Shown here piece by piece: positions 20,701 to 30,353 of a stretch of DNA of 64,000 bases. Position 1 is the first letter of the stretch. Every line of letters begins with the position of its first letter. The position numbers were made by a program, and so were the translations under genes. Below the pieces are notes generated by a model. It saw only the letters and a program-made list of their open reading frames with translations. It had not been told where the DNA came from and searched no databases. Source of the DNA: a virus; IMG/VR virus record IMGVR_UViG_2716884767_000001, positions 1-64,000 of that record. One strand, 5' to 3'.

Positions 20701-21396
20701 CCAGAAATTGGAGTTGGAATAGGAACCACTGCAACTGCAACTGCAACAGTATCAAATGGTCAAATAAATTCAATAACAATAACTAATACAGGTTTAGGAT
20801 ACACTATAGCACCTAAAGTTTTGATCAGCAGTCCAATACAATCAAATACCTTTGAAAACTTAACAACTTCAGGATTAACTATTTTGGAAAGCACTGGTTT
20901 GATTACAGGAATCGGAACAACAACATTATCAAACAAATTAGGATTAGAATTTTCAGTGAAAAAGGACAGTACTGCAAACTTTAATGCAATAACTGTTGGT
21001 GATCCAATTTATATTTTTAACACTACAATCGGATCAGGACTTATATCTATTAGTAATAGTGGTACAGATACTGATACTGTGGGTATTGGTACAACATTTG
21101 TAGATAATGTATATACCGTTGCATCATTTACAAGTAGTGCTAATACTGGAGTTGTTACTTGCCTAATAAAATCTAACACACCCACCACTGGATTAAGTGC
21201 CGTTGGATTTGCGACAGCACCAGTTGGAAACTATTCCATAGCAAAAATAAGTGGATTTACAAGATCATCATCACCTGTATCAATCGGAGTTACGGGATTA
21301 ACTATTGATGCTGGATTATCAACATTCCCAACACTTAAAAGGACTGGTGGTAACGATACATTCAATAAAACTGGTGGATTATTGACACCTTCTTAA
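11791..21396 (+). CDS. gp7: gp7-like giant baseplate protein, C-terminal part (frame open from about 11625)
   Basis: YHYH-like segment (IIGWAYDGNPIYG..GDLDEHNGRF), D.DYYQN.SYSI.S and many G.GY beta-repeats. The TTG start has no RBS, so it is probably one ~4200-aa gene with the previous ORF. Confidence 0.8.
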   Translation: MNQNNNYYVIKTDDNSFSLSNAGVGGTIISNYQREEIVTLNSVGSGSHIFKFPDIKVSVSIANTVGVGTTSLIATPKVRGSIKQLYLYEPGTGYGSTTVNNHKRPIITLKNGKNASLTPIIKNGAISEVTIQSGGGEYFSVPDLEVIDSTGKGVGGLLRPVISNQRITDVIIINSGIGYSTSSSINVKPAGKNALFNSSVRSLTINKGNNENGIKVTEHLEESENKLKYSFIGYSTSPFNDGGEKVSKIIGWAYDGNPIYGPFAYDNPENPPSNDIGRRRLESGYTLNTANIVDRPNFVGGFFVEDYIFTNAGDLDEHNGRFEITEDFPNGVYTYHATVDADNNPTFPYFIGNTYRSKKENFNFENNLQTNFDFTGNNLLRNTFPYKVADNFANNDFIVETNEIEDQKIEITSVSSGSVTGFEILSSGSDYKVDELLSFDLDNSDDLIASISKVKGQTITNLTSEIEKTEDSVLLWSDGKIKVVTPTSHTFNTNDVINISGLTTDLSSLNGSYKIGITTSASKTISAITSSPVAGFTTEIFVSSIPSSISVGSSIGIGTETLKILNIYDNLNILTVQRGTLAYGTVHNRGTQVNYLPDSFVFNKNISFFDSIVNKKVFFNPDQTVGLGTDDGTENTLSFSFAGSNVTRNVPTKQIHLENHPFKTNEKVIFTIPGGSPVIAISTDKDSPTFNLSTGDSLYIVNKTINTVGIKTGIGNNFNEVYFRNINSADSDLYSFETDFNQVKTTVSRVKTTVTTSSSHDLENNDSIDLLVKPKLSVGIGTSSHVRILRDTQTGNLLINPISFSNAGISTLTNTITIVDHGLKTGEKVKYNSNLLPEGLENQNYFVYKVDDDNIKLSKTFKDSKKLIPNIVGLGSTGGTSQSLSLINPQLISVKNNNLRFDLSDSSVSGYKLRFYYDQDYGNEFISSGISTTFDVVSVGNTTTIGFGSSLPEKLFYNLEKSGSISTTDTEVHNYSKIIFVDSDYNGTYNITGIGTTTFSLFLGNRPEKLSYNNVEATTTYKTNSKTAKGGIEAIKIISSGSNYKKIPDFVGVSGTSIGRGAAIIPTSNSIGIVQSVRVINEGFEYSSDKTLEPESLISSTIEIKNSSTLGIVSVTDGGSDYINSPDIVIIDSDSGAKIESGFIEPIMLENSILSVDIKELPKGLPVNPVTLRTINNTNGITILEVKSNAGSSYTCKLSTPDGLFSSNPFAANDRVFIEGIEKISGIGSGFNSKDYGFNLLKVTKFDANVGGFAEITIDVSEFGASNTGIAKTIVTTFANAINEADYPKFFVTQNQSLFDVNEPLIIGNRTSNLKILKTSNSKLKVFGTDTLNKGDVITAKNSGSQATVSKVIENKGRLKTDFSISKNIGWNDNIGKLSEDFQVIPDNDYYQNMSYSIQSPIEWRNLVTPVNNLLHSSGTKNFADTGITSTTNISIGSSDIVSVIVDLFDERRVDELRNIDTVTDDDVTDDNVTRKIVFDNIRLSNYISCDTNDVLVIDNINQEFSNLEGDPDDFLTLFQFGPQQVFKNLLIRVSSASGSLNRIQFSEFVLLSNDSNNVLLEKSRLINSGIGLTTTEESNFATFKLNEDNVTKIKSFRFEPTLDPNFDIDYDLKIFTSDFNTDNDGIGTQLVGPIFLNSRIQTCAANGTTLISVYNLSRSGIFYESNYSSIHAIDTVDNSMNYIEALVSNSGDDTFVAQAYADTGSNGLSLNQIGIVTSYIENIGSDPYMFVTFENNSSNPVKVKSKNIGFGTVGLSNDTYRFKSPNQSNGSERTSIYSGITSVNTGVSTFVSLNSQLFNTVKSVVEVSIGASKAVHEITALHDGTNAYVQSSGSLSVTKNSNTEYDPSSGLGTFSASYTASNFEIKFHPDDFVGVSTVVTFNHCFYTILDKVNDPLTLTYGPITEDNEVKEYNALEGTRVEKTEFNLNVNNIPIFVKSFNPSDDSVLNLSTGKFTISNHFFRENEELTYLPKSTFVGVGSTAMQYKNGSIVDVLPSTVFANTVTNDSFFISTTRSGTAVTFMSVGEGNAHKFEMKKSNEKSIISIDDVVQSPLINTNMSHLLENNVGSQVGLNTSIINLSGISTISVGDILKIDNEFLQVVNVGIATTNGSPVGTSGTFNVVEVERGFVGTSNSTHADGTTVQRFTGTYNIVESKLFLSDPPRGNPSRVKDDSNLDFPRSTFNGRVYLRNNYDSNLIYDDISDSFTGIKSTFTLKVGGANTIGVGTTGGSGILFINGIFQSPSTEFNPDKNFKIIESGSGATGVTSVVFSGITSDNGSQFISNDNVNFNELPRGGIPISFGSTVTGLGYAPLVGAKVKATTNASGQITNVVGVAYSGSALGIQTATYNEVTGIMTVKTVNEHKFKNSNEVVLLGGLEFACAAPHAGVTTTIFPDGTIGDKFPVVSIAATNVFGVNIGVSTIPHAYVGSGNAYPYFSNLTFGSGYNGLVSIGVTVEDFGYEHRFVSADVNGIDKNTGGDITATDAEYNPTTGVLVITSPNHGMSDDDLVLIKTGSIRFTCARDNFKTVHPYPRSTDPVAGINTVVDVLSPDVFSVDVGVNVGSGAQITATAGVGGTAIFTIAAAGSNYKDPEVFVSEPSYSNLSVTGVSRLGIGATTDTGTGLRVNAIVSASSTTGIGSTMFEISRYEIVNSGYGFKEGDVVEAVGLVTAKGMGSLQTRSTLSIDQVYKDRFAMWQFGEFDYIDSIKSLQNGTRTRFPLNFNNELISVEASNKLSESVDIENIFLVTINGVIQEPTKAYTINGGTSINFSVAPTGDSEVGKNDGDDVSILFYRGTSGEDSLIVEGDDSNIKTGDGVRIESGNQIPAQDTRTITGITTSTVLDTTVYRNQGISDTISRPLTLIKQKNDITVNKVVVSKKRSELEPRIIPIAKIIDDISTTDSVLFTDNADLFNYEDEGTVLITASITNLSNLNSVNAKATASVSSGEVTGITTITNGSGYTSAPTVKISAPPEIGVGIGTTATATATVSNGQINSITITNTGLGYTIAPKVLISSPIQSNTFENLTTSGLTILESTGLITGIGTTTLSNKLGLEFSVKKDSTANFNAITVGDPIYIFNTTIGSGLISISNSGTDTDTVGIGTTFVDNVYTVASFTSSANTGVVTCLIKSNTPTTGLSAVGFATAPVGNYSIAKISGFTRSSSPVSIGVTGLTIDAGLSTFPTLKRTGGNDTFNKTGGLLTPS

Positions 21397-21439
21397 ATAA
21401 TGTTAAATATTATGTATAAATATCTAAAAAACTATTAAT

Positions 21440-22999
21440 ATGCCAGCGGTAGTAACAGATCAATTTAGAATAGCAAACGCAGGTAATTTTGTAGATTCTG
21501 TTTTAGACTCTAATAATTCTTACTATGTATTTTTAGGATTGCCTAATCCAGCAGTAGCTGGTTTTGGTAGAACAACATCTTGGCCATCCGATCCAATTGA
21601 TAATCAGCAATATCTAACACACTACAGAGACACTTCACTATTCGGGAAAAAAATAAATTCTTCAAATATAAGAAGAGTAGTAAAAAAACATAGTTGGGCA
21701 GCTAACACCAAGTATGATATATATCGTCATGATTACAATGAACAAACAAATAAAGCACCAAACTCACAAACTGGAAGTTTATATAAAACAAACTACTATG
21801 TTATAACTTCTGAATTTAAAGTTTATATTTGTTTGAGTAATGGTAGTACTGGTGATTCTCCTAAAGGTGTAGATTCATTAGATGAACCCACTTTTACAGA
21901 TTTAGAACCATCTACAGCTGGTACGCAAGATCCCTATGTGTGGAAATATCTGTTCACGATTTCACCAAGTGACGTTATAAAATTCGATTCAATCGAGTAT
22001 ATTGTTTTACCAAATGATTGGTCAACAACCACTGACTCACAAATTCAATCAGTTAGAGAGGCAGGAGATTCTGATATTAATAAAAATCAAATAAGGAAGG
22101 TATATATTGAAAATGGTGGAACTGGTTATACAGATACAACAGGTGAAATTTGTAATATTCTTGGTGATGGAAGTGGTGCAAAGGCACTTGTAACTGTTAC
22201 CAGTGGTAAAATTACTGATGTGATTGTTACATCTGGTGGTTCTGGGTATACATTTGGTATGGTAGATTTAACAAGTATTGGTACACCGTCAACTCGTGCA
22301 AAGTTGATACCGATAATTCCACCCTCTAAAGGACATGGATTTGATATCTACACTGAGTTAGGTGCCGATAAAGTTTTAGTTTATTCACGTTTTGATGATT
22401 CAACAAAGGATTTTCCAACAGATACTCATTTTGGTCAAGTGGGAATAATTAAAAATCCAAATGACTTTACAAATTCAGGCATATTAACTGCTTCTCAATT
22501 CTCATCTTTATCCTCTATTAAATTAAGTACTGCAATTCCTTCAACCACAGATTTTAATGCTTTGATTGGTATTGGAATCACACAATCTGTAAGTGGAGGC
22601 ACTGCAAAGGGTGTTGTGGCATCATATGATAAAGATACTAAAGTTTTGAAATATATTCAAGATAGAGGTTCACATTTAAATCCAACTTCTTTTGATAATA
22701 CTGATTTTGCAAATGTCACTACAAGGTCAAAAGTTTTGTCTTTTGAAAATACAGATACATCTGGTGAAATATTTGGTCAAGGTGGAGCAGTTTCTTTTTC
22801 ATCTGGTATTGAGGATTTTACTGGAATTACAACCACAATTGATAATAAACAGATAAATTTGGGAGTTAACTTCACAAAAGGTCTAGCCAATCCAGAAATA
22901 AATAAAAAGACTGGTGATGTCATCTACATTGACAATAGAAAAAAAGTTGAGAGGGACATCAGGCAAAAAGAAGACGTTAAAATCATCCTAGAATTCTAA
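21440..22999 (+). CDS. gp8: Baseplate wedge subunit gp8
   Basis: TDQFRI.NA, YYV..SEFKVYICL.N, YVWKYL and GDVIYIDNR...R...QKEDVKIILEF. Confidence 0.93.
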   Translation: MPAVVTDQFRIANAGNFVDSVLDSNNSYYVFLGLPNPAVAGFGRTTSWPSDPIDNQQYLTHYRDTSLFGKKINSSNIRRVVKKHSWAANTKYDIYRHDYNEQTNKAPNSQTGSLYKTNYYVITSEFKVYICLSNGSTGDSPKGVDSLDEPTFTDLEPSTAGTQDPYVWKYLFTISPSDVIKFDSIEYIVLPNDWSTTTDSQIQSVREAGDSDINKNQIRKVYIENGGTGYTDTTGEICNILGDGSGAKALVTVTSGKITDVIVTSGGSGYTFGMVDLTSIGTPSTRAKLIPIIPPSKGHGFDIYTELGADKVLVYSRFDDSTKDFPTDTHFGQVGIIKNPNDFTNSGILTASQFSSLSSIKLSTAIPSTTDFNALIGIGITQSVSGGTAKGVVASYDKDTKVLKYIQDRGSHLNPTSFDNTDFANVTTRSKVLSFENTDTSGEIFGQGGAVSFSSGIEDFTGITTTIDNKQINLGVNFTKGLANPEINKKTGDVIYIDNRKKVERDIRQKEDVKIILEF

Positions 23000-23003
23000 G
23001 AAA

Positions 23004-26000
23004 ATGTCACAAAAAATTAATTTAAATTCAAGTCCATACTATGATGATTTTGATAGTCAGAAAAATTTTCATAGGGTTCTTTATAAACCTGGTTTTCCAG
23101 TACAAGCAAGGGAATTAACACAACAACAATCAGTATTACAGAATCAAATTGAAAAATTTGGTGATCATATATTCAAAGAAGGTTCAGTTGTAATACCAGG
23201 AGGAATAGGATATGACACTCAATATAACGCAGTAAAATTAAATAGCACTAATTTTAATATTGACATATCAGTATATATTGATAATTTTATTGGAAAGAGA
23301 ATAGTTGGATCAGAATCAGGAATAGAAGCAGTTGTAAAGTTCGTTTCTCTTCCAGATGGTGGTGATGTAGAAAATACAACTTTATATGTAACTTACTTAA
23401 GTGCCGATAACAATTCACAATATACTACTTTTGTGGATGGAGAAAAATTAAGTGCAACTGAATCTGTGGTATATGGTAATACTACAATTAATGCTAATAC
23501 TCCATTTGCATCACTAGTTTCTGAAGATGCAACTGCCATTGGATCTGCTGCATTTATTTCTGAGGGAGTATATTATGTAAGGGGATTTTTTGTTAATGTT
23601 TCTGATCAAACAATTATATTAGATCATTATTCAAATAATCCAAAATATAGAGTTGGATTGCAGATTAATGAATTAATTGTTGATGCAAAAGAGGATAATT
23701 CACTATTTGACAATGCGAAAGGATTTACTAATTTTGCAGCACCAGGTGCTGATAGACTTAGTATAGAATTAAAATTAACTAAAAAACTATTAACCGATAA
23801 AAATGATACTGATTTTATTGAATTATTAAGACTTGATGATGGTATATTAAAGGTAATACAACCAAAGAGTGAGTATAACAAAATTCGTGATTGGATTGCA
23901 GAAAGAACTTATGAAGAGTCTGGTGATTATAGTGTAAAACCATTTAAAATGAATGTATTCAATTCATTGAATGATAATTTGGGTAACGGGGGATTATTTT
24001 TTGAAGATGATATCACAGATCAAGAAAACACACCATCAGATGATTTAATGTGTTTAAAAATATCTTCAGGAGAAGCATATGTAAGAGGATATGATGTTGA
24101 AAAAGCAGGAACAACAATTATAGATGCTGATAAACCAAGAGATGTTGGAATTAGAAGTGATGTAGGTGTTGGTTTTGAGATGGGAAATATTTTAAAGTTG
24201 AATAATGTCACACAAGGTATTGCAGTTCAAGGAAGTATAGTAAAATTATTTGATAACTTTAGCTCTACTGGAACTAATATTGGTAGTGCACGAGTTTATG
24301 CATTTAATTTAGAAGATGCTGCTTATGAGGATGCATCTACAAGATGGGAACTAAGATTATTTGATGCTCAAACAAATACAGATTTAGTTTTAAATCAAGC
24401 AGTAAGTAATACTCAATTACCAAAAGGTTCATTTGTAAAGGGAAAAAGTAGTGGGGCAAGTGGATTTGCCGTTGATGCTGGTAGTGGTTTAGGAATTAAA
24501 TTAAATGAAACTTCAGGATCATTTAATGTTGGTGAACAGATACAAATAAATGGTGTTGATTTTCCAAGAACAATTGGAATCGCAACTGCATATACAGCAC
24601 AAGATATCAAATCTGTGGGTGACGGTGCCAAATTAAAGGCAGATGCCGTATTAGAGAGATTCAGACTGCCAAATAACATAGTCAATGTAGTTATTGATGG
24701 TGCCACTGTTACCGCACCAGGTAACGTATTTACAGGCATGAAGGTTGGATCTGTTGTTAGATATGCAAAACCAGGATTTACAACAGAAACTTATAACAAA
24801 GTTGCATCTGTTGGTGCTGGTGGAACTAATTTAACACTTCAAGCAATATCTTCAGGGGTTCCTGGTGTATATGAAGGTGCTCTTGCTGCTGGACAAATAG
24901 CAGTTCCAATGTTTATTGGTGCACCGTTTATAGAGGGAACAGGATCTTTATTCGTACCTTTACCAAACAGTAATATAGCAGATATTAATTTATCAGATTC
25001 TACATTAAAAATCACAAAACAAGTTTCTAAAGTTGCATCTGGTAATTCAGTAACAATTGCAGATAGTGATATTACAGATGTGTCTGATGTAATATTTGAA
25101 ACTTTTGATCAAGAAAAATATTCATTGTTTACCACATCTAGTGGTATTCCCACATCAATTACAAATGATTCGTTTTTATATGGAAGTAATCAAATTTCTG
25201 TGTTTGGTGTAACTAATAATAATAAGACATTAAACGTAACTCTTACTAAAACAAAAATTAGATCAAAATTAAAAAATTATAATCGAAGTCAAAAGATTAA
25301 TATAACTAGATCAAAAAATGCACAATCAGGTAGTGTTGCAGCAGGAAATGGTGGTTCAATTGCAGATGGACTTACTTTTGATGCCAGATATGGATTAAGA
25401 GTTCAAGATGAGGAAATATCTTTAAATTATCCAGATGTTGTTAAAGTTTTAGCAGTTTATGAATCTACAAATACATCTGCACCAGTATTGGATAAATTGA
25501 CTTTTACAGGCACTGTTGCCGTACATGATAATGCAATTATTGGTGAAAACATAATTAGTAAAGAGAATAATACCCTCGCAAGAGTTGTATCTTCTCCCAC
25601 CAATAATGTATTAGAAATAGTATACTTAACGTCTGGAAAATTTCAAACAGGTGAATTTGTTGAATTTAAAGAGTCAAACATAAAAACAAACATAGAATCA
25701 ATTACAATTGGAAAATATAAAAATGTAACGAATTCATTTACTTTAGATAAAGGACAAAAAGACCAGTATTATGATTATTCAAGACTTGTTCGTAATCGAA
25801 ATGTTTCTGAACCAAGTGCTCAATTATTAGTAGTATTTGACTATTATTCTGTTGCTTCTGATGATGGTGATGTTTTCACAGTGTTAAGCTATGATGAAGA
25901 AAGATTCTCAAAAGACATACCTAATATTGGATTTTCTAATATAAGAGCTACAGATACACTTGATTTTAGACCAAGAGTTTCAGTATATAATCCCTCTACT

Positions 26001-29000
26001 GATACAGGATCCCCATTTAATTTTACGTCAAGAGATTTTAGTGGAACTGCAGTTTCACGTTATATTACACCAAATGAAAGTTCTATAGTTGATTTTAATC
26101 ATTATCTACCAAGAACAGATAAAGTTTATCTTAACAAATTTGGTGAATTTATATACGAGAAGGGAATATCAAGTTTAGATCCAAAGGCACCAATTAAAAC
26201 TGGTGAATTGATGGAACTAGCAACAATTTCATTACCACCTTACTTATTTAATCCTCAAGATGCAATCTTGTCTTTTGTCGATAATCGAAGATTTACAATG
26301 AGAGATATTGGTGATATTGAAGATAGAGTTGCGAATTTAGAGGAAACCACTACCCTTTCTCTTTTAGAGGTTAGTGCTCAAACTTTACAAATTCAAGATG
26401 AAGAAGGTAGGAATAGATTCAAAAGTGGTTTGTTTGTAGATTCATTTAAAAATTACAATTTTATAGATGTTGATCAATCATTAATACAAATAAATCCTGA
26501 GTCACAAGAATTAATACCATTTAGAACTAGAGACACATTAGCTTCTCAAATAACACCATCGCAGAATACTATTAGTTCAGAGTTAGATTTTAATGAAGAT
26601 TTTCAATTATTTGATTCAAATGTTAAAAAAACGGGGAACGTAGTTACATTAAATTATGAAGAAGTTGAGTGGATTTCGCAACCATATGCAACAGAAATTA
26701 TAAATGTTAATCCTTATGAATTACCTACATTTTTTGGTGAAGTAGAATTAGATCCTGAAGATGATACATGGACAAGAACAGTACAACTTGATGATCGCAC
26801 TGTACAACAAACAGGAATTACTGAAAGAAGAAGAATAAATTTAGGTAATAATTTAGCACGAATAGGTAATGTAACTAGGGTTATAAAGGGTTTAGGAAAA
26901 CAAACTTTTACCTTTGGTCGAGTTCTAAGACAAACAATTACAACATCTAATACTGAAACTGAAATTCAAAATAATTTGGTTTCAACATCTGGTGATGATT
27001 TTATCAGATCTCGAAATATTCAATTTATATCAGAAGGATTTGTAGATTTTGTACAAACATATGTATTCTTTGATGGGCAAAAAATATTTGATGTAATTCC
27101 AAAATTACTTGAAATAACACCAACGAAAAATGGTTCTGTATCTGGATCAAATGGTGCATTTAAAATTGGAGAGGAGGTTCATGCTCTCAATGAAGAGGGT
27201 AATGTAATTATGAAATTTAGATTATGTCAACCAAACCATAAATCTGGAAAATATAATAGTCCATCAGAAACATATTTTAATAATCCTTATACTTTAGGTG
27301 TAACTGAAATATCTTCTAATTATAGTCAATCATCAACAGTTTTGAATGTTGATACAAAAGCATTGGCTGAGGAAGCACAGGGTAAATATTTTGGGTATGT
27401 TCAAAAAAATTCACAATTAGTTGGGCAGGAAAGTGGTGCCACTTCATATGTCAAAGATTTAAGATTAATTACTGATGCTTATGGTGATGTGCTTGGTTCC
27501 TGTTTTATTCGTGATCCACATAACCAACCAGCACCACCAGTTAAGATACAATCTGGTGTTAAAAATTTTAAAGTTACTACTAGTCCCACAAACCAAAATG
27601 TAGAACCAACACAAAAATTTGGTTTAGTTTATGGGGAAACTGAATATAGTGCTTTTGGTACAATTGAAGAATTTCAAAATACAGTTACAGTTACAACAAA
27701 TACTACGAACTTTGAAATTACAGGTCGAAGAAAAAGAAAGAAAAGAAAACCGCATAGTGATCCTCTCGCACAAACATTTATTGTAGGTGGTAATGTATTA
27801 GCACCGAGTGCGAGAGATGCAAATAAAGATTTAAATGGAGTTTTCATAACATCTGTTGAAGTTTATTTTGCAACAGTTGATACTGTAACAAATGCTCCAA
27901 TAAGATGTGAAATAAGGTCAACTATCGCAGATGCAAGACCATCAACCGAAGTTATCGGTAGAAGTAAAACTCTTAAACCAAAAGGTGTTGGTGCTGATGG
28001 AAATGAAATCACACTAATTGAAGCTGATCCAGATCAGGCAAGTAAATCCACCAAATTTACTTTCCCCGAACCAATTTATCTAGAGTCGGGCAAGTCATAT
28101 TCTTTCGTGTTAGTGGCACCAAGAAGTGTTGCTTACAATGTTTGGACAGGAAGACATGGTTCTATTGCTGTTAATCCATCCACAATTCAAGGAGCAGATC
28201 CTGGTTCTTCATTAATTTACTCAACACAGTATGGTGCAGGTGCTATATTTAAGTCACAAAATGGTGCTCTCTGGACAGAAGATCAGCATCAAGACATAAC
28301 CTTCAAGTTATATAAAGCTAAGTTCACATCACAATCAGGTTCAGTATCCTTTAATAATCCCGATTTGGATGAAAGCAATGGTTATGGAACTGGATTAATA
28401 AACAATCCTCTTTTCACTCTTTCAAAAACAGGATCAATTGGTATAACTACAAACCTAGATACAACCATTGGTAATAAACTTACAGCAGGTCGAAAAATTT
28501 GTGGAGGTCAAAACACAAGCACCGCAGTGATTACGGGTGTTGGAAGTTCTACACTAACTCTTAGTGTTACTAAGGGTGGAACTAATTACTCGACAACTCC
28601 TCCTGAAGACACTGATAGTGTTGATACATTTACCATCACTGGTAGGGGTTCTGGACTTAAATTAAATTTAGATACATCTAGTGGTTCAGTGGGTAGTGTA
28701 CAAAGTATAATAGAAGGAGGAAACGGGTATCAGGTTGGAGACGTTGTTGGTATTGTCACAAGTAGTGCTGGAAATCAAGGAAGTGGTGCAGAAATAACAA
28801 TCGCAAGTATTAATGGTATTGATACATTATTCTTGAATAATATTCAAGCGGATAATACTTCAAATGGATTCCAAAATGGCACTCAAATTAAGTATTTTGA
28901 TGATGATGGAACTGTTGTAGGAATGGCTGCTACAGGTGAAATTCGTCCTGATACTGTTGCATTTGATGGTGGATTACATGCAGGTAATGTAATGTTTGTT

Positions 29001-30353
29001 GATCAATTTAATCATGGAATGTACTCCACATCAAATAAAGTAAAATTAAGTGATATCGAGTCTGATGTAGAACCAACTGTGATAAACGCACAATTGAGTA
29101 AAACCGAAACATCAATTATCAGTGTTGCATCAACATCTCAATTTGCAAATTTTGAGGGAATAGCAGTAGGTGCTGCAAATACTGGATACGTCAAAGTAGG
29201 AAGTGAAATTATAGGATATGAATCTGTCGGAACAGGTGTATTAAATATTGGAAATGGACAAAGAGGTGTTGATGGGACAATTGTAATAGATCACACACCA
29301 AATTCTATAATTAAAAAGCATGAGATTTCTGGTGTATCTATAAGAAGATTAGAAACAACCGATGGAACAGGTCTTTCAGTAACAACTCCAATAAATCTTG
29401 ATGATTATCATGTAACATTTGATAGATCAACAAACGGAAAGGATAGATCTGTTGATACTGCAACTGCTCCTCAATTATCATTTACCAATGATGCATTTTT
29501 AGGTGGATCGCACGTAAAAGCAACTCAGAATATACTCTATAGTGCCATAGTTCCACGATATGATGTATTGACTCCTACTGGTGTCAATGGATCTGTGACA
29601 GGCATAGAAGCATCAATTAGAAGTGTTTCTGGTACAAGTGTAAGTGGAAATGAAACATCATTTGTGGATGAAGGATTTGAAAATGTTCAAATTAATAATA
29701 TTAACTCATTTGATAAAGTTAAGTTAGTTGCATCTAAGATAAACGAAAATCAATATTTAAGTAGTTTGCCATCAAACAAATCATTCACCACTATTCTTAA
29801 TCTATCTTCAAATGATGAGAATATATCTCCTATGATAAGATTAACTAGTGGTTCTGAAACTGAATTTATTAGTCATAGATTAAGTAGACCGATTAGTTTA
29901 GATGCTTATAATATGGATGGACGTGTTAATTCATTAACTAACGATCCTCACTATGCAATTTATGTTTCAAACACAGTTACATTGAAAAAACCAGCAACTT
30001 CAATAAAAGTTTTATTGAGTGCGTTTAGACCAGAGTCATCAGACTTTAGAGTTCTTTACAAATTAATTAGATCAGATTCAAGTGAAATCGAACAATCATT
30101 TGAATTATTTCCTGGTTTTAAGAATAGTACTAAAACAGATAATGATGGTTTTATTGTGACTGATGAATCTAAAAATGACGGTAGATCTGATGTAATAGTT
30201 ACACCAAGTGTGAATGACGAATTTAAAGAATATCAATTTACTGCAGATAATTTACCAGAATTTACAGGATTTTCAATTAAAATTGTAATGTCGGGAACGA
30301 ATCAAGCTCAACCACCTAGAATTAAAGAATTGAGGGCAATTGCTGTTAAGTAA
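23004..30353 (+). CDS. VrlC-like (DUF4815) large virion structural protein
   Basis: LN.SPYYDDFD..KNFHRVL.KPG.PVQARELT, APGADRL, RTYEESGDY, DPLAQTF and P.IKELRAIA. Confidence 0.9.
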   Translation: MSQKINLNSSPYYDDFDSQKNFHRVLYKPGFPVQARELTQQQSVLQNQIEKFGDHIFKEGSVVIPGGIGYDTQYNAVKLNSTNFNIDISVYIDNFIGKRIVGSESGIEAVVKFVSLPDGGDVENTTLYVTYLSADNNSQYTTFVDGEKLSATESVVYGNTTINANTPFASLVSEDATAIGSAAFISEGVYYVRGFFVNVSDQTIILDHYSNNPKYRVGLQINELIVDAKEDNSLFDNAKGFTNFAAPGADRLSIELKLTKKLLTDKNDTDFIELLRLDDGILKVIQPKSEYNKIRDWIAERTYEESGDYSVKPFKMNVFNSLNDNLGNGGLFFEDDITDQENTPSDDLMCLKISSGEAYVRGYDVEKAGTTIIDADKPRDVGIRSDVGVGFEMGNILKLNNVTQGIAVQGSIVKLFDNFSSTGTNIGSARVYAFNLEDAAYEDASTRWELRLFDAQTNTDLVLNQAVSNTQLPKGSFVKGKSSGASGFAVDAGSGLGIKLNETSGSFNVGEQIQINGVDFPRTIGIATAYTAQDIKSVGDGAKLKADAVLERFRLPNNIVNVVIDGATVTAPGNVFTGMKVGSVVRYAKPGFTTETYNKVASVGAGGTNLTLQAISSGVPGVYEGALAAGQIAVPMFIGAPFIEGTGSLFVPLPNSNIADINLSDSTLKITKQVSKVASGNSVTIADSDITDVSDVIFETFDQEKYSLFTTSSGIPTSITNDSFLYGSNQISVFGVTNNNKTLNVTLTKTKIRSKLKNYNRSQKINITRSKNAQSGSVAAGNGGSIADGLTFDARYGLRVQDEEISLNYPDVVKVLAVYESTNTSAPVLDKLTFTGTVAVHDNAIIGENIISKENNTLARVVSSPTNNVLEIVYLTSGKFQTGEFVEFKESNIKTNIESITIGKYKNVTNSFTLDKGQKDQYYDYSRLVRNRNVSEPSAQLLVVFDYYSVASDDGDVFTVLSYDEERFSKDIPNIGFSNIRATDTLDFRPRVSVYNPSTDTGSPFNFTSRDFSGTAVSRYITPNESSIVDFNHYLPRTDKVYLNKFGEFIYEKGISSLDPKAPIKTGELMELATISLPPYLFNPQDAILSFVDNRRFTMRDIGDIEDRVANLEETTTLSLLEVSAQTLQIQDEEGRNRFKSGLFVDSFKNYNFIDVDQSLIQINPESQELIPFRTRDTLASQITPSQNTISSELDFNEDFQLFDSNVKKTGNVVTLNYEEVEWISQPYATEIINVNPYELPTFFGEVELDPEDDTWTRTVQLDDRTVQQTGITERRRINLGNNLARIGNVTRVIKGLGKQTFTFGRVLRQTITTSNTETEIQNNLVSTSGDDFIRSRNIQFISEGFVDFVQTYVFFDGQKIFDVIPKLLEITPTKNGSVSGSNGAFKIGEEVHALNEEGNVIMKFRLCQPNHKSGKYNSPSETYFNNPYTLGVTEISSNYSQSSTVLNVDTKALAEEAQGKYFGYVQKNSQLVGQESGATSYVKDLRLITDAYGDVLGSCFIRDPHNQPAPPVKIQSGVKNFKVTTSPTNQNVEPTQKFGLVYGETEYSAFGTIEEFQNTVTVTTNTTNFEITGRRKRKKRKPHSDPLAQTFIVGGNVLAPSARDANKDLNGVFITSVEVYFATVDTVTNAPIRCEIRSTIADARPSTEVIGRSKTLKPKGVGADGNEITLIEADPDQASKSTKFTFPEPIYLESGKSYSFVLVAPRSVAYNVWTGRHGSIAVNPSTIQGADPGSSLIYSTQYGAGAIFKSQNGALWTEDQHQDITFKLYKAKFTSQSGSVSFNNPDLDESNGYGTGLINNPLFTLSKTGSIGITTNLDTTIGNKLTAGRKICGGQNTSTAVITGVGSSTLTLSVTKGGTNYSTTPPEDTDSVDTFTITGRGSGLKLNLDTSSGSVGSVQSIIEGGNGYQVGDVVGIVTSSAGNQGSGAEITIASINGIDTLFLNNIQADNTSNGFQNGTQIKYFDDDGTVVGMAATGEIRPDTVAFDGGLHAGNVMFVDQFNHGMYSTSNKVKLSDIESDVEPTVINAQLSKTETSIISVASTSQFANFEGIAVGAANTGYVKVGSEIIGYESVGTGVLNIGNGQRGVDGTIVIDHTPNSIIKKHEISGVSIRRLETTDGTGLSVTTPINLDDYHVTFDRSTNGKDRSVDTATAPQLSFTNDAFLGGSHVKATQNILYSAIVPRYDVLTPTGVNGSVTGIEASIRSVSGTSVSGNETSFVDEGFENVQINNINSFDKVKLVASKINENQYLSSLPSNKSFTTILNLSSNDENISPMIRLTSGSETEFISHRLSRPISLDAYNMDGRVNSLTNDPHYAIYVSNTVTLKKPATSIKVLLSAFRPESSDFRVLYKLIRSDSSEIEQSFELFPGFKNSTKTDNDGFIVTDESKNDGRSDVIVTPSVNDEFKEYQFTADNLPEFTGFSIKIVMSGTNQAQPPRIKELRAIAVK